DNA of 63,523 nt, the filler included, from Diploschistes diacapsis (taxonomy: Eukaryota): assembly GCA_023645945.1 (NCBI GenBank). It is 5 parts of 5 records of this genome, joined end to end, with 100 filler letters (N's around TTAATTAATTAA, not from the genome) between each part and the next. Parts side by side here need not be neighbours in the genome. Positions count along the whole stretch, not along the records: positions 1 to 8,026 come from JALAIB010001208.1; positions 8,127 to 16,152 come from JALAIB010001209.1; 3 more parts are not named here. The stretch is one strand, 5' to 3'. Shown piece after piece: positions 1 to 12,942 of this stretch (the first letter of the stretch is position 1; each line of letters opens with the position of its first letter). The notes under the pieces are model-generated. The model had not been told where the DNA came from and did not search any database. It was given only the letters and a program-made list of their open reading frames with translations. The position numbers and the translations under genes are program-made.

Positions 1-582
1 ACGCAAAAAGTACCAAGGAAAAAAGGGACTTTTTTTTCTAGCCAGTTGTATATATATCTTCTCTCTGCGGAAAAATGCCGTTTTCGAAAACTTTGGAGCC
101 AAATATCTAAAAAGGGGTTTTTTTCCTTTGAAGCTTTGAACTTATTATCCATTCTTAAAATTTTTTTTTTTATCTTTTAATTTTAAAGAATGGTTCTTGG
201 AGGAGGGGAGGGGGTAAGCGTCGGCGGAATAAAAAGAAAAGGAGGAGGGTACAGCTGCTGCACCGTAACCGGCGATTTGGACATAAATGGGGATCGAATG
301 GCTTGAATGTTTGCCCCCCCTTTCTTCCACCCTTAGGGACGCGAAGGAATTTGGGAAAATTTTGAGAAAAAAAAAATCTCGTATATGCCATTACTATAAA
401 TTCTTTTCTGTGATTCGATATTTCGATTCGGCACGTTTAAGGGGAAGATACTCGGGTGTAAGTGGATTGATTTCGATCAGAAATGGGGGAGGGACCCAAC
501 TACTTCTGGCACCCCACTGCAGGTACATGCATCTTGGCGGATGACCCATCTACCCGTAATGACAACAAGGGGCCGAGCAGCG

Positions 583-2757
583 TCAATCTTCGTCCTCGGC
601 CTTTTGCCTCTTCCTCGGTGGCTGTTCGGCGTCCACAGTTTTCCTCTCTTCCGCGTCCTCGTCCGCTTCAAGAAACAAACCCCTTTCTACCTCCTCTTCC
701 TCCTCCTCCGCGCTTTCCGTGTCCCCTGGCCTATCCCGCGGTACTGCCTCGCGGGTGTGCCGACCGTGCTGATCCAATATGGACGCCGGCATGACTACCG
801 CTTCGGCCCGCCATACTCCAAGCGCCCAGCGCAAAAAGCCCTTGGTCCAGCGCTCGTCCCTGAAGACGGAGTTTGAGCCGCCGAGGAGAGAGGCGCGCTG
901 GACGATGGCGTACGCGGTATCGGCATTGCGCTTATCCTCGGCATCTTCTTCTTCGGGCACGGGTATTTGCCAAGGCCTGTGCTCCACCGGAGACATCTCC
1001 GGACCGGGCTGGCAGAAGCAGTTGACGCCTCGGCAGGGAAGGCTGGACCCTGCACCGAACCAATTGGGCGGCGAACAGTAGGCGGAGCTAACGAGTCGAC
1101 GCCAAGCGTGCAGGAGCGACCTGAGAGATTCCGTCGAGCTCGAATCGGAAGAAGACCCGGAGGCATCGGAATCGAAGCCGGTGTCCGACGCCGCAGGATC
1201 GAACGTCATCCAAACGAGGCAGATGAACAGCGCGAAAACGACGTCCTGGAGCCCCTTATCTTTCAACCGGAGAGGGCTCCGGGTCCCGGCCGCGTTCCGC
1301 ATCACGGCCCGTAGGTTTGCCCTCAGCGGTTCTGGCGCCGAAGTTAGAATACGGCCAAGCGTGATGATCCGCATTGTCCGAGCTCTGTGTGATAGTCGTT
1401 CGGATAACAGCAACAAGTGCGTATCCAGTATGTTCCGCTGGCTGTCTCGATATCGCAATGCGTGTACTTGCCGGCCATTGGAAGGACGGATCGGCAGCCG
1501 TGCGTCCGCGAGCTGCATCCTCTTCCGCCGCTGGACCAGGGCGGTCCTAAGCTGTGAGTCGGCTTGCGTTCGCATGCGTTCCAGCGAGACTGCCTCCCGT
1601 GCGTGGGGGGATTGCATCGTTTTAAGCTCACGTTCATTCGCGACCGCGAGACCCAAGGTATCCAGCACCGGGCCGGGGACACCTCCGCGATCATGCAGGT
1701 AGAAATCAAGTGCCCGTCGTTCCCTGCTGGGTCGACCTTTTCCAAAATATGAGCTCACGACGTCGACTGGCGGTGTTTGCCCCAGGGCCAAAAAGGCACC
1801 TGGCGCCCATCTCCGGCCGGGGGAGTCTGGAGGTGGTAGCGAGAGCGCGAAGGCATCGGCAGAGTTTCGCGCCAACGTGAATCCATATCCCAGAAGAACT
1901 GGCAACGCTTAGGGATGTGGGAAGGAAGTCACGCGACAAGGAAGACTCACGCTCTTCGTTGCCTTTGGGCCCATAGTTGTTGAATATCTGCTCGCCTGGT
2001 CGGGAGCGGTGGTCCGTAGTGGACAGAGTATAGCCATCGTCATCGATAATCCAAAGGACGCGTGCAGAAGGACTGTGATTTGCCAGGTCAAGGACCGGAC
2101 ACAGCACCGGGGAGCTCTGGCCAATCAGAGCGTCCGAGTCGCGACCCGAGGACGCTGGCACGCTTTTGGGGAAGCAGCGAGAGCTCAGGATGGTGGCAGC
2201 CCACTTGTACATGGTCCTGCATCGGTGAGCGCACGGTGGCGAGTCAGGCTTATCACACGGCCTAACCATGTGAAGGGTGCAAGGTCTACGGCAGCATCCC
2301 GTAGCAAAGCGACGCCCGCACTAAGCTCACCCTGCCACAGCCGCTCTCTCTCGGGCACGGCAGCCTCGATGTTGGTGGCCCCGAGCCACAGCTTGTCATC
2401 ATGGGTAAACCACAAGGGAGTGTCAAGCTGGTCTGGTTTCGGCAAAGTACTCAAGTAAGGCCACCATTTCGAAGCGGACCCTCTGCCATGCTCTTTCATC
2501 AGAAGAAAGCGAACCAGTACCTCGGGCGACGATTGCTCAAACTCGGACTTGAAGGGCTGTGGCCAGCAGGGATCCGTGAGGACGTCGTCGGCCGACAGAG
2601 TGACGCCACGGGGGCAGTACACGATGGGTAGTGAAAGATCTAGCTCAGCCCTAGCTCGCAGATGATGTCCATCAGCGTCACTGTACGCCACTTCAACGGC
2701 GGGGTGAAGTTTGCCACCCAGGCCCAAGAACCAGGCCAGGAGATGGTCAACAGTCAT
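583..2757 (-). CDS. SET-domain lysine methyltransferase (Rubisco-LSMT/RKM-like), 3 exons
   Basis: ATG 2757 (MTVDHLLAWF). Motifs SKWWPYLSTLP, YKWAATILSSRCFP, PVLDLANHS and GEQIFNNYGPKGNEE-LLLGYGF are joined across GT-AG introns at ~2267-2217 and ~1950-1899. Acidic/basic C-terminus, stop at 583. Confidence 0.85.
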
Positions 2758-3264
2758 TGGAAAAAAACACGACGGACGGAATTCGTGCGAAGAGAGCAAG
2801 CACCTGCTCACATAAGTATTGAAGTATTGGCAAGTCATTGTAGCTTAAATCACGTGAGATAGATTGATTGCCCCGCCATAAGAAGCCGAAATTTACAAAT
2901 ATATATATAATATATAATGCACTGCGCTACTCGGAGAGAAGTCCGCTTGCTAATTTACTTTTGTGAGGTGTGAGTGGGTGATGATGTCAAAGGCAAAGGA
3001 AAAGGAAAAGAAAGAGCTTACAGCCAATCACAAGCTCTCGGTCCAAACGCCGAAAACGCCCTAACCGGCAGGCTGGTTGGCTTGATCGGGTCTAGTAAGA
3101 GAAGCAACCGAATGGAATGGCCACGAGGTTGAAAGAGAGAGAGAGAGAGAAAGAAAGGAGAAGAGAGAAAGAATGTACAATGTAGCTGAGATGATAGGTA
3201 AAAGATAAAAAAGAAGAGACTGTATTATTACATACATATATATATACATTTCATATACATTCAT

Positions 3265-3300
3265 ATACATACATACATACATACATACATACATACATAC
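3265..3300. repeat. (ATAC)9 microsatellite
   Basis: Perfect tetranucleotide run read directly. Confidence 0.95.
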
Positions 3301-4050
3301 CATGTCTGGGCAGGCGTCGTTCTACCATCTGATAACTTAGCAGAAATCAACCTGCAACGTCAATTTTGACTCCTGCACCCTGCACCTTTGAGCTTTGAGT
3401 TCTGGCTCGGAGAACTCTGCGAAAAGGAAAACGAAAAGGAAGAGGAGGAAGAGGAGGAAGGGAAAAAGGGCATCTACCTAGTATCCTTCGTAGCATCTCC
3501 TATCTGCCCTTTCCCGTTACTTACGCCTTGACCTTGTTGATCAGTGGTTTATTTCAATGACGAGCATCATCGACCATGTCCGGATCCCATAAAGAGCAAG
3601 ACAACTCGCTTATTCTTTTGCAAACTTCAACGTAGGTCAAAACCTAAGTGCGTCACCTTTGCGTGGGTGGGCCTCGTGTTTTACGCTTGAACTACAGCCT
3701 TAGTAGGTAATGGTAGTCGAGCTGCTTCGAGCAGCAGCAAGAAGCAGCAGCAGCAGCAGCAGCAGCGGCGGCAGAGAAGAGAAAGCTCCTCATAATCAGA
3801 CCTTCATCGACGTCAAGCCTCTTGTGCACTCCTGATAACCCCCTTCTCCGCTTCTCTCTCTCGTCCTGCTTGCCTTTATCCTTTGTCTGCTTGTTTGTTT
3901 GTCGTCGCTCTCGTGTCGGCAGCTCTCGCGCTGGCACTTCACCGCCACTCGGTGCTACCTTGCCTACCTACCACTACACCACTGCCATCCGCACGCACAC
4001 ACGGTGAGAAGGGGCAAAAAGAGGGCACCGAGCAGAAATCGGGCCTGGAG

Positions 4051-6396
4051 ATGAACGACAATTCCTTGTACCGCACCATTGCCCCGGCAGCTCGCTCGAC
4101 CGATGGGGCCCCAGGGTCATCCGGCAAGAGCTCCGGTGGCCTGTTACAAGCCAGCTCTTTGAAGCTCAGCGGACAAAACTCAGATGGCGCACCACGAAGA
4201 CGCCGCCGCGTTATTGGCAAAGTATCTCAACTCGCATGCGTCCATTGTCGGCGCACTAGATCAAAGGTCGGTCGGGCGGTCGGTCAGTTGATATTGTTGA
4301 GTGTGGTACATGACAATGTTAAAAACACTGCACTTCTGCCCCATCTTCTGTGACTACGCGTCTCCCTGTTTCATGCGCTTCCCTTTCATCGCCTGAGTGC
4401 CTTCTTCGGCCTGTCCCTGTCTGTCCTTCGGCTTTTGCTGACTTGTCGCCCTAGTGCGATGGAGAACGGTCGCAGGACTGCACAAGATGTGTCAATAGAG
4501 GGCTACAATGCGTTTACCAGCCTCACACTAAGATTCAGAAGGACGAGATCCTTAGCGAGCTAGCATCGCAGAGAGGACAGAAAGAGTCTCTCACGAAAGA
4601 ATTCAGGGATTCGTCCTTCATCCTCGACGTATTGACAAACGACGGCCACGTCGACGAGATCATCCGCCGCCTGCAGGCAAAAGAGAGCGTGCATTCGATA
4701 GCCACCTGGCTCCTTTCCTTTCCCGATCTCCAAACCATGGAGGGCCGCAACCAGAACTTCGAGGGCAACGTGCAGGACGCGGTCGAGAGGATCGAGCACT
4801 TTTATGTACGCTCCGACTCCGAGGATGGCGTCGACAGTCCCTGCACTCAGTGGACGAGCGTCACCAAGAACCCGGCCTTTGTCGACCATCTCTTCCGCCT
4901 GTTTTTCACTTGGGTGCACCCGCACTGCATGCTGTTCAGCGAGACCAATTTCTTGGACTGCTATCATGCCGGAGACGATACGTACTGTTCGGGTGCGTTG
5001 GTCAATGCGATATGTGCCATGGCTTGCCACTTTCTCGACAGGAGTCAAAGTGAGTCGCCGCAGTTGACTTTGGATTATGAAGCGCTCAGCGCAGCATTTC
5101 TGATGGAGGCCCGCTCCCAGATCTCGCCGTCAGACGCGCCGAGAATCACGACACTGCAATCTTTTGCCGTCATGTTCCTGGAGGAACTCAGCTCGGGCAA
5201 GGCCAGGGTGGCTACCACTTATCTCAGATGCGCTGCGGATAACTTGCAGGACCTGGAAAACGATGGGCACAAGGACGAGGTCTTCGAAGCGAGCAGATGG
5301 GGCATTCACACCCTGAACACGTACGTCCCTGGGCTTCGCCCGTATCTCCGCCTTCCGGCATTAATGGTTTGCAGGTTGTGGTCGGGCTTGACTTACCAGA
5401 AGCCGTTCAATCCGCAGTCACCAGATACGCGGATCCCTTTCAAATTCGACAAGTACGGCAGCAGGCGGCTGTATCAACAGTACAGCGACGACGCCGGACA
5501 AGGCCGAACATTCCGGGCGCCGGGCTTCACCATCAATACTGCGGTGCACCAAGCCAGGCTCTTCCGCATCGTTCATGGGTCCATAAACCTCTATTGCGGC
5601 GCTCGAGGCAAGATATCGGCGAAGTCGTTCATTCAGTGCCATGAAAGATATGTGAATTGGAAGATGGAGCTCCCCCCAGAGCTCATTTGCGAGAGCTACA
5701 ACACTACGATTCCGCCAAACGTATTGACGCTCCAGTATGTTTTTCCTTCCCCCAGCCGTATCGGAATCCTGACTGACCGGACGATAAAGCATTCAATACT
5801 ACACCATGCTGACCGGCCAGTGGAGTCCAATACTGTACTTCTTCACGGGGGAAACGAATACCGACGACAGATTGACCGAAGATTTCAGGTCACACCTCCT
5901 GGACCATGCAAGAGAAGGGGTGAAGTTACTGCACGTCTCTGTGCGGGACAACCTGTGTCGGTATTTCACGCCGCTGGTCACTTTCTGCATCCTGCACCTG
6001 TGCGACACCGTGGCCCACTGGTCCCTCGACAAGGCAGAAAAGGTGTCTGCGGTGTTGCTCTGCTGCGAGATTCTGGACCGCAACCGGCGAGGCTTCAAGC
6101 TTTGCGGACCGCTGATGCAAATGTTCCGCGCCGTCATCGACCAATATTCCGGCATCGACGTTGCCGACGAGCTCGAAAGACGGTACGGGATTCGGGACCA
6201 GCATACCGTGGAGGAAATACTGGACGCCAGCACGCGGCTGTCGTATACCATACCCGTCGGGCAGATCACTCGATGGCTGGACCCAAAATTTCATGGTCAG
6301 TGGGCCGAGGAGTGGATTGAGCACATGGGTACGGTGAAGCGAAGGCGGCAATCGAACGCAAGCCATCCGATGCGTCTGGAGGACGTCATGAACTGA
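4051..6396 (+). CDS. Zn(II)2Cys6 transcription factor with fungal-specific TF domain (NirA-like), 4 exons
   Basis: ACVHCRRTRSK | intron 4267-4454 | CDGERSQDCTRCVNRGLQCVY gives the six-Cys binuclear cluster. WTSVT..FVDHLFRLFFTWVHP and YCSGALVNAICAMAC are typical of the middle homology region. Further GT-AG introns at ~5321-5374 and 5735-5789. Stop 6394-6396. Confidence 0.88.
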
Positions 6397-7766
6397 AGGT
6401 GGCCGGTGTCCAAATGGAATTGCGTCAAAGCATTTTCCTTTTGCCATGGTTGCAGTATTGCCAACGCTGGAGGAGAGACATCCTGCCTCGAGCGCCGTTT
6501 TCGCGATCGCGAGGGGTGCACGCCAGCGGCGTGCCCGGTGCGCGCGGTACTGCGTCTAGATACAGCCGGCCGAGGGTCGGCCATACACATGGCTGAGCGA
6601 TGTTGATGAGCTACCTTCTGGTTGCAGCACCGAATGCGACGTATACGAGAGAGGGAGAGAGAATAGGCTTTAAAAGGGCACATGGAACGAGGATTCAAAT
6701 TGTTTCTAAAGGATAAACTTTACTCACTCTAAAGTCGGTAGACAGCAGCAGAAGTCTTTCCAGGTACCATTTATCAATTTGCGTGTCCAGTTGCTTGGCG
6801 ACAGAAGCTCTAACCGAACAAATGCGATGGATCCGGACTCAAGGCCGAATCTTCGAGGAGGAGGCAACTCAGCAATTCGAAGCTTGTATCTACCGAATCG
6901 CCCACTTTCCATGGTCGGTCTCGATCTCGACCTCGATCCCAATTGGCAGTGCTCTCTTCGAATCAAAGCTCGATGCACGATCAGATGGTTTCGCCACCCA
7001 AGCAAATGTTGTCGCACAGCAGCACGGGGTTCGTTCCACTCTCTTCAACAGCCTACCGTAGGTACCAGATCCTCTCAATCGGCGCAGAAATTCAACATGA
7101 CGGCATTGTCGCCGTTCCCCGCCATCGAACAGGTATGCGGATCAAATCAAATGGAGCCAAAAAAAATAATGGGACTAGGTAGGTACCTAGTACTTCCGTA
7201 GCAAGAGTTAAGCAAGTCTTATATGTTGAACAACGACGCTCTGCTACACATATTGGTATACTCTCAAAGAGCGAGACAATCATTGATCCAACGCATCTGC
7301 ATACGGGTGGCAACCCTTAACCAGCACCTCTACATTGCTAGTAGATGCGAGGTTCGTGGGAACATGGAAAACGGAACCTTGAACCTGAATATGTTGGACA
7401 TCCAATACGTGCCTACCTCAAGGCTCAACCCTCCCTTGTCCTCCGCATTTCTCCCAGCCCCCCCGATCGGACCTGCTCTTCGCTATCATGTTTGTGTAGA
7501 CTGTAGAGTACCGGGTCAGACCGTGCTAGTAGAGAGGAAGTAGGTACTACGGCTAGTACATGCATGCCCCTTTTCCCATGTCGCTCCCTTCCTTCCTTTC
7601 TTCCTTCCTTCCTTCCTTCTATCAACCTCAGACGCAGGAAAAGCGACCCGACACCAGGATGACTCCTCGGAGCCCTCACTTCACATACAAGGACGGGTCT
7701 TTTTGTCAGTCCTTACAAGTCGCCCCGTGGCCCATGACCACGACCCACAATGAAAAGGGGTCAGGC

Positions 7767-7808
7767 ACCAGTACCAGTACCAGTACCAGTACCAGTACCA
7801 GTACCAGT
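7767..7808. repeat. (ACCAGT)7 microsatellite
   Basis: Perfect hexamer run. Confidence 0.95.
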
Positions 7809-8026
7809 AGCAGTTTACCGGTAAGTGCTTCCCATTTTCTCCACCTAAAACAGACGAACTATCTAAAAGATCAAGCCCCCTGCCCCCACAAAAAAAAGGG
7901 GGAAGGGGGAAGGAGGGAAATTCTTTAAAACGACCCTGCGACTTTTCTTCCCCAATCAACTTACATAGCCAGCCCCCCTCTCCCTCCCTCCGGAGCCGAG
8001 GCCGAGATAACTTTTTTGTTTGAAGC

Positions 8027-8126
8027 NNNNNNNNNNNNNNNNNNNNNNNNNNNNNNNNNNNNNNNNNNNNTTAATTAATTAANNNNNNNNNNNNNNNNNN
8101 NNNNNNNNNNNNNNNNNNNNNNNNNN
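8027..8126. other. Artificial contig spacer N44-TTAATTAATTAA-N44
   Basis: Identical 100-bp construct occurs four times; the core places stop codons in all six frames. Confidence 0.97.
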
Positions 8127-8760
8127 GCGCTAGATCGAGCGCTTCCATATTTGTACGAAGCTAAATCTGTTTTCAACTACACTACCCCGTTCTTCGGCCT
8201 TTTTTTGATTACATTATATGTAGTGTTCCGCTTCGTGGGGTGTTCCGTTTCGTGGGGAAACACGTTAGGTACGCAGGTCCTTAATGGTAATGACTAAAAT
8301 ATATTCTGAACTAATCCTAACTAGGAAATTATTCCTAGTCTGCTTAGCCTGTTTAGCTAGCTATTGTTCAGTGATGCTATTGTTACAATTATAAAGATTA
8401 TAAATAATAAAAATGTCAGATTACTAACCTAATGGGTTAGTCTGTCTGGCTAGTTAGTTATAGTAGGACCCTGAAGGTTCTCTAACCTTTCAGGACACGT
8501 CATAGGTTTTCGCGGTGTTTCGCCGCCAAAAACTTTTCGTGATGTTATTAAAAGGTAGAAATTCGAGTCCCAAATTAGACAATTATCGTATATTACCGCG
8601 AAAATAGAATAACGTAATTTATATAGTAGCCATACCTTCTGCCTGTATTAAAAACTTATATAAGACCTAATTTAACGTATATGTAAGTTTGTTATCAGCC
8701 CTACAAGACTTGCATAGACAGGGTAAGGAATTTGCATAGACAGGGTAAGGAACATATGAT
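8127..8760. mobile_element. AT-rich degenerate transposon remnant(s) with TIR-like internal direct repeats
   Basis: Tandem 17-mer GTGTTCCGYTTCGTGGG (8223-8256) and tandem 21-mer TTGCATAGACAGGGTAAGGAA (8710-8752) in TpA-rich sequence at a contig end. No transposase ORF is visible. Confidence 0.4.
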
Positions 8761-8840
8761 GCTCCTGAATCATCCGGCTTAGAAACCAACCTGATTTCAA
8801 TAACGATTTCAATTTATTTCTCTTTCGTATCATATTTTGT

Positions 8841-11800
8841 TTACTTAACCCTGTTCGTGATGTCCCTGGCCACATATAACTGCCCGTAGAGATCCACCGT
8901 GTCTATAAATGATCGCAACGTATTCGACTTCCATATCCCTTGCTTTGAGGTCCTTATCTCTGCATTCAGCTTCTCGATCACGTGATTCAAACATTCGCGT
9001 TCATACTCGGCGATAAAGAACAGGCCTTTCTTCATCGCGACTTCGTCCCTGGGTTTGGCATCCCCGCTGCTGTCATCTCCTTTCAGCTCATATGGCTCAC
9101 GGAATTCGGGGAAATTCACGCTATTGACATTGCTCTCCGCTTGGTCGCGTGCCACAGAGCCATAGTCGTTGTACTGCCGGCACAAGTTCGCGAGGTGCCT
9201 GCAGAGGGCATTGGACAAGTAGTGGTGACGCACGCCTTTGAAGAAAGGCTCCCCTGGCTCGGGTGCCGCAAGACATGAGAAGTAGAGGAAGGTAAAGGGG
9301 CAGTGTGTATTGTCGGCTGAAGTAGTTCGTACCCAAGAGTAGTATGTGCCTCGTGGGGAGCTAAAGGGCAATAATTTAGTACCGATTTTGGGGGAAGAGT
9401 TGATTGTATCCTCATGCAGGAGTTGCTGCTCATACTGTTGGATAGCGAAACGGGCATTGTCTTCGTTATGCTCAATATGCTTCAACATGCAAGTTTCAGG
9501 CTCGTTATGAAGCTGTCGACGAACATGCTCCAGCGACTGGATGACCTTGGGATGTCGGAAAATATAGGCTGTGAAACGAGCTAAGATGACCTCAACTCGC
9601 GCGAGAGTTGTAGAGCCTTTATCCTGGGAGTTCTTATTGGCGCTATTCCTATTATCCACGTTGTTGGTAATGCTGTTATCAACATTGTTGGCGTGGCCGT
9701 TACCGTAAACCATATTGCTGATACTGTCGCCGTTGCAATTGACATTGCTGTAGATGTTGATTATCACTACTATCGACGGTACAGTTTCTATTAGCCTTGT
9801 AGTCGATGAAATAGTTTGGAATGCCATCCAGAGAACCAGTAATATGTCTGTTTATTTGGCCATTAGTGCAGTCACTATCGGCGAGATAGTATCTATGGTT
9901 GTCCATCCTCCATTCTTCTGGATTTGGAAACTTGCAGAGTCGCCGTACAATCAATTTGATGGCGGTAAGGTCCTTTAGTTCCCCGTCCTTGTCAATGATT
10001 GTCTCCATGAACTCGTCTAGCTAATAGTCCAGTAAAGAAATCATCATCGTCTCCCAGAGAATAACATTAGGAAGAAGGCCACCGTTTCGTCGATTCGTAG
10101 CAATCCAGCTGAAAGGAATATACTCGAGATACTTGTAATGGATGTGTTCCTGGCGAGGGAATATGGCGGAGCTTACACTTATGAGTCGCTGCAGGAAAAA
10201 CATCCCTGCTGCTACATCTGCTTCGAGGCGCCAGCGCTCATCTTCAGAAAACATCGGTAATTGGGAAAAGAATCTCGCGAGCTTGATGATCTTCTCGCTT
10301 GACATGATCCCGAGGCTTGCGACACTCTCACTCCATTTGAATGAGGTCTCCGCACACAGAGCGGCTATACAATAAGTCCGAGATAGGGGTGGAAGCGCAT
10401 AAGTGACTTTCTCAACCCAGATATGTTCAAGGCAGTTCCAATTGTCGTGACTCATGATGAGAAAGATGGAACCTTGTCTGACAGCTTTCGAAATACACGA
10501 TCTGAAATGTGCCAGCCACGGGAGTGAAGAGAGTACCTTCAAAGTTAGAACCGCGTACGCAGTTATTTCTCGCGAAGGGAATATCAGGCCCCATGACCCA
10601 TCAGAAGACTGCTTCTCCAGTGTACGGATGGAAATCTGGAACAGAACAAGCGGGATTTGATTGTGGACCAAATCTTGGGGTAAGCTCGGTAATTGGCCAC
10701 TATCCCAGCATTTTAGCAGCTTGACAAGGGATATAAGCATCATGGGGTATTGTTCAGAGAGGTTCTGTAACATGTTAGTTATTGATCTGACCGGTCCCAT
10801 ACCCGAAACGAACCCATTTATCTTGGGCACGCCCAACGTTCCACATCTTGCAGAGAAACCGTGTGACCTTGGTAATGGGGCCTAAGTAGTCTGGTGGATT
10901 TAGAGAATGGAGAAGGGCATCAAGGACATGACAGTTAGCGCTTAAGGGTTCATTTCGTTCTCCCTTGTAAGTACCGGAAAATTGTTCCGCTTCGAATTCG
11001 TCAACTAACCTACTCGGACTAGTAGGCAGTCCGAGCAGATTCGTCATAAGGATGGCCTTTGCTGTATCATCCGCATCCGCTAATAGTCCGGAATCTTGAT
11101 TGCCATTAGCAACCGAAGTACTCTATTAGGAACGAATACTTGCCAAATCCAACAATTCCTCCGTGACTTTCTAGCTCCGACTGCAAGAAGGCGGAAATCT
11201 TTCCTACCTCTTCTAGACCAAGTGCCTCGGGACTCAGTCCCGCTTTTAAAAGGGTGGAAGTTATCTATTCCAAACCATCAGCAAAATAGCCCGATTCATA
11301 TTGCAAATACCTACCCATGTCGTCTCGAAGATTGAAGATGGAAAAGCACTAGGGACTCCCCCGGTACCTTTGCCACTACCTAGGTGAATCACGTTACGCA
11401 AGTAGTTCTCTGCAGAATCGTTCCACTTAGAACAATTCATCAAGTACGCTGCTGTGGCTGAGGGGGAGGCCAACATCGACTCGTGCTGATCAAGATGATG
11501 AGCCACTTTATCGAAATCTATCTTGCCAACAAACGCCTCCAATGAATGTATTAGAGTCGTCTTGCGCTGGCTGTATAAATTCTCAGGATGGAAGTTCGCT
11601 AACTTCGACCGGTTCATATCCATGAGCATTCGACGTCCTGGAAATTCGTATCTTTCATCATCTTTCTCTAATATCGCAAGGAGGGTAGGCACCAGAATCT
11701 CGAACCCGACATGAACAGCAGAAGCAACATCCCAAGTCTGCAATTTTGCTCTTAAACACTTCTCAGCTCTAAGAACTCGTGATTTAATATCACTTGGAAA

Positions 11801-12118
11801 AGAAATACAATGAAGCTCTTTTCTCTTTCGAACTGTTTTAGAGCCATTGTAGCCGCCATCGTGTTCGAAATTGCGTCTATCCCCGAAGCGTACTCCGGCC
11901 AGCCTCCATCTTGATTCTAACTTCGGAACAGATAATCCAGACATTCAGGAAAGACCAAAGTGGGCTTATCATGGCTGTTAACAACCCATTGCCAACAAGG
12001 CAGTATCGTAGATTGACGGAGAAAGAGAGCTTATGATTTCCCTGTGTTCGACTTTGTGAGCCAGCTGCTTGATCAATGCTCTGGCCTCAACTGCGAAAAC
12101 ATGAGAAAGAATTTCCAT
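8841..12118 (-). pseudogene. Bifunctional class II/class I diterpene cyclase (fungal CPS/KS type), disrupted
   Basis: Motifs SIYDTA, QW-type *NQDGGW, HVGFEILVP, TLIHSLEAF, SPSATAAYL, GGVPSAFPS, DADDTAK (DxDD), QSSDGSWG, WVEKVTY, Y*LDEFME, RQYNDYGSVARD and DLYGQLYVARDI. Lesions: frameshift ~11986 (stop 11978-80), TAG 11917-19, frameshift ~11820, TAG 10021-23, frameshift ~9750. Confidence 0.88.
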
Positions 12119-12942
12119 GCCGGCGACCAGTTCTCAATGCTGATGGCGACACTCGAGGAGAAAGTGGGCTTGATTAAGACGCTATCGATTCAAGGTATGT
12201 AAAAGAGTGGGTCGCTCGAGGATAGCAGAAAAGAGAAATTGATCTAGAGACATATGGCATTGAGACAAACTAGAGTATCTTTTCAAACTCGGTATATCTA
12301 ATATCCTTGCTTACCTCTTTCCAGAGCCGAGTACTTCCGGCACAGAATGGAAGAAGGTCTCGACTTAGCGCCCTGCATTTATAGCCTCAATGGCACAATG
12401 ATCCGCACTGATAGAAATCACCCATGTTGGAATGTTGCAGCTGGAGGCTTAGCTAGCTGCATCTGTCCGTCTCCGGAATTAGGCCTTCCAAACCTTTGTA
12501 GAAGTATAAAATTCCACTTATCATGGCTTACTAGGCCGAGTAATTGCATTAGGCTAATGGATGTACAGTTTGAAAAAGAATTAAGATAAGAAGGTCCCGC
12601 TGGCAGTTCTGGGGCTGTCGATCAATGGGTCAATGGGTCGGTGGAATAGACATGCTGCTGACCGAGAAGATAGCCTAGATACCCTGTGGATGATGTTGTG
12701 GCACACTAATGACAAATATGGATAGGTCACGAAACGGATGGCTGGCCAAATCTTTCTGTAAATACCCTCAGATACCCTATCAAGACTACCATGGCGCAGC
12801 AAGCTAAGCAAATAAGAACAGATCGGTCGCTCGACGTTTTTATAATAAGGATGTTGATTCTGTCTCAACAGCCGTTTTTTTTTCCCCTCCCTCTTCCTGC
12901 TTGTTGGTGCCTCAAGACCGAAACCGTTATATCGTTTAACAG

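Noticed and set aside
779..2862. Numerous plus-strand ORFs opposite the SET gene (and similar antisense ORFs elsewhere)
   Set aside because: Shadow ORFs of GC-rich coding sequence without motifs.
8071..8082. TTAATTAATTAA as a biological repeat or target site (four copies)
   Set aside because: Always centred in exactly 44+44 Ns; it is an assembly linker.
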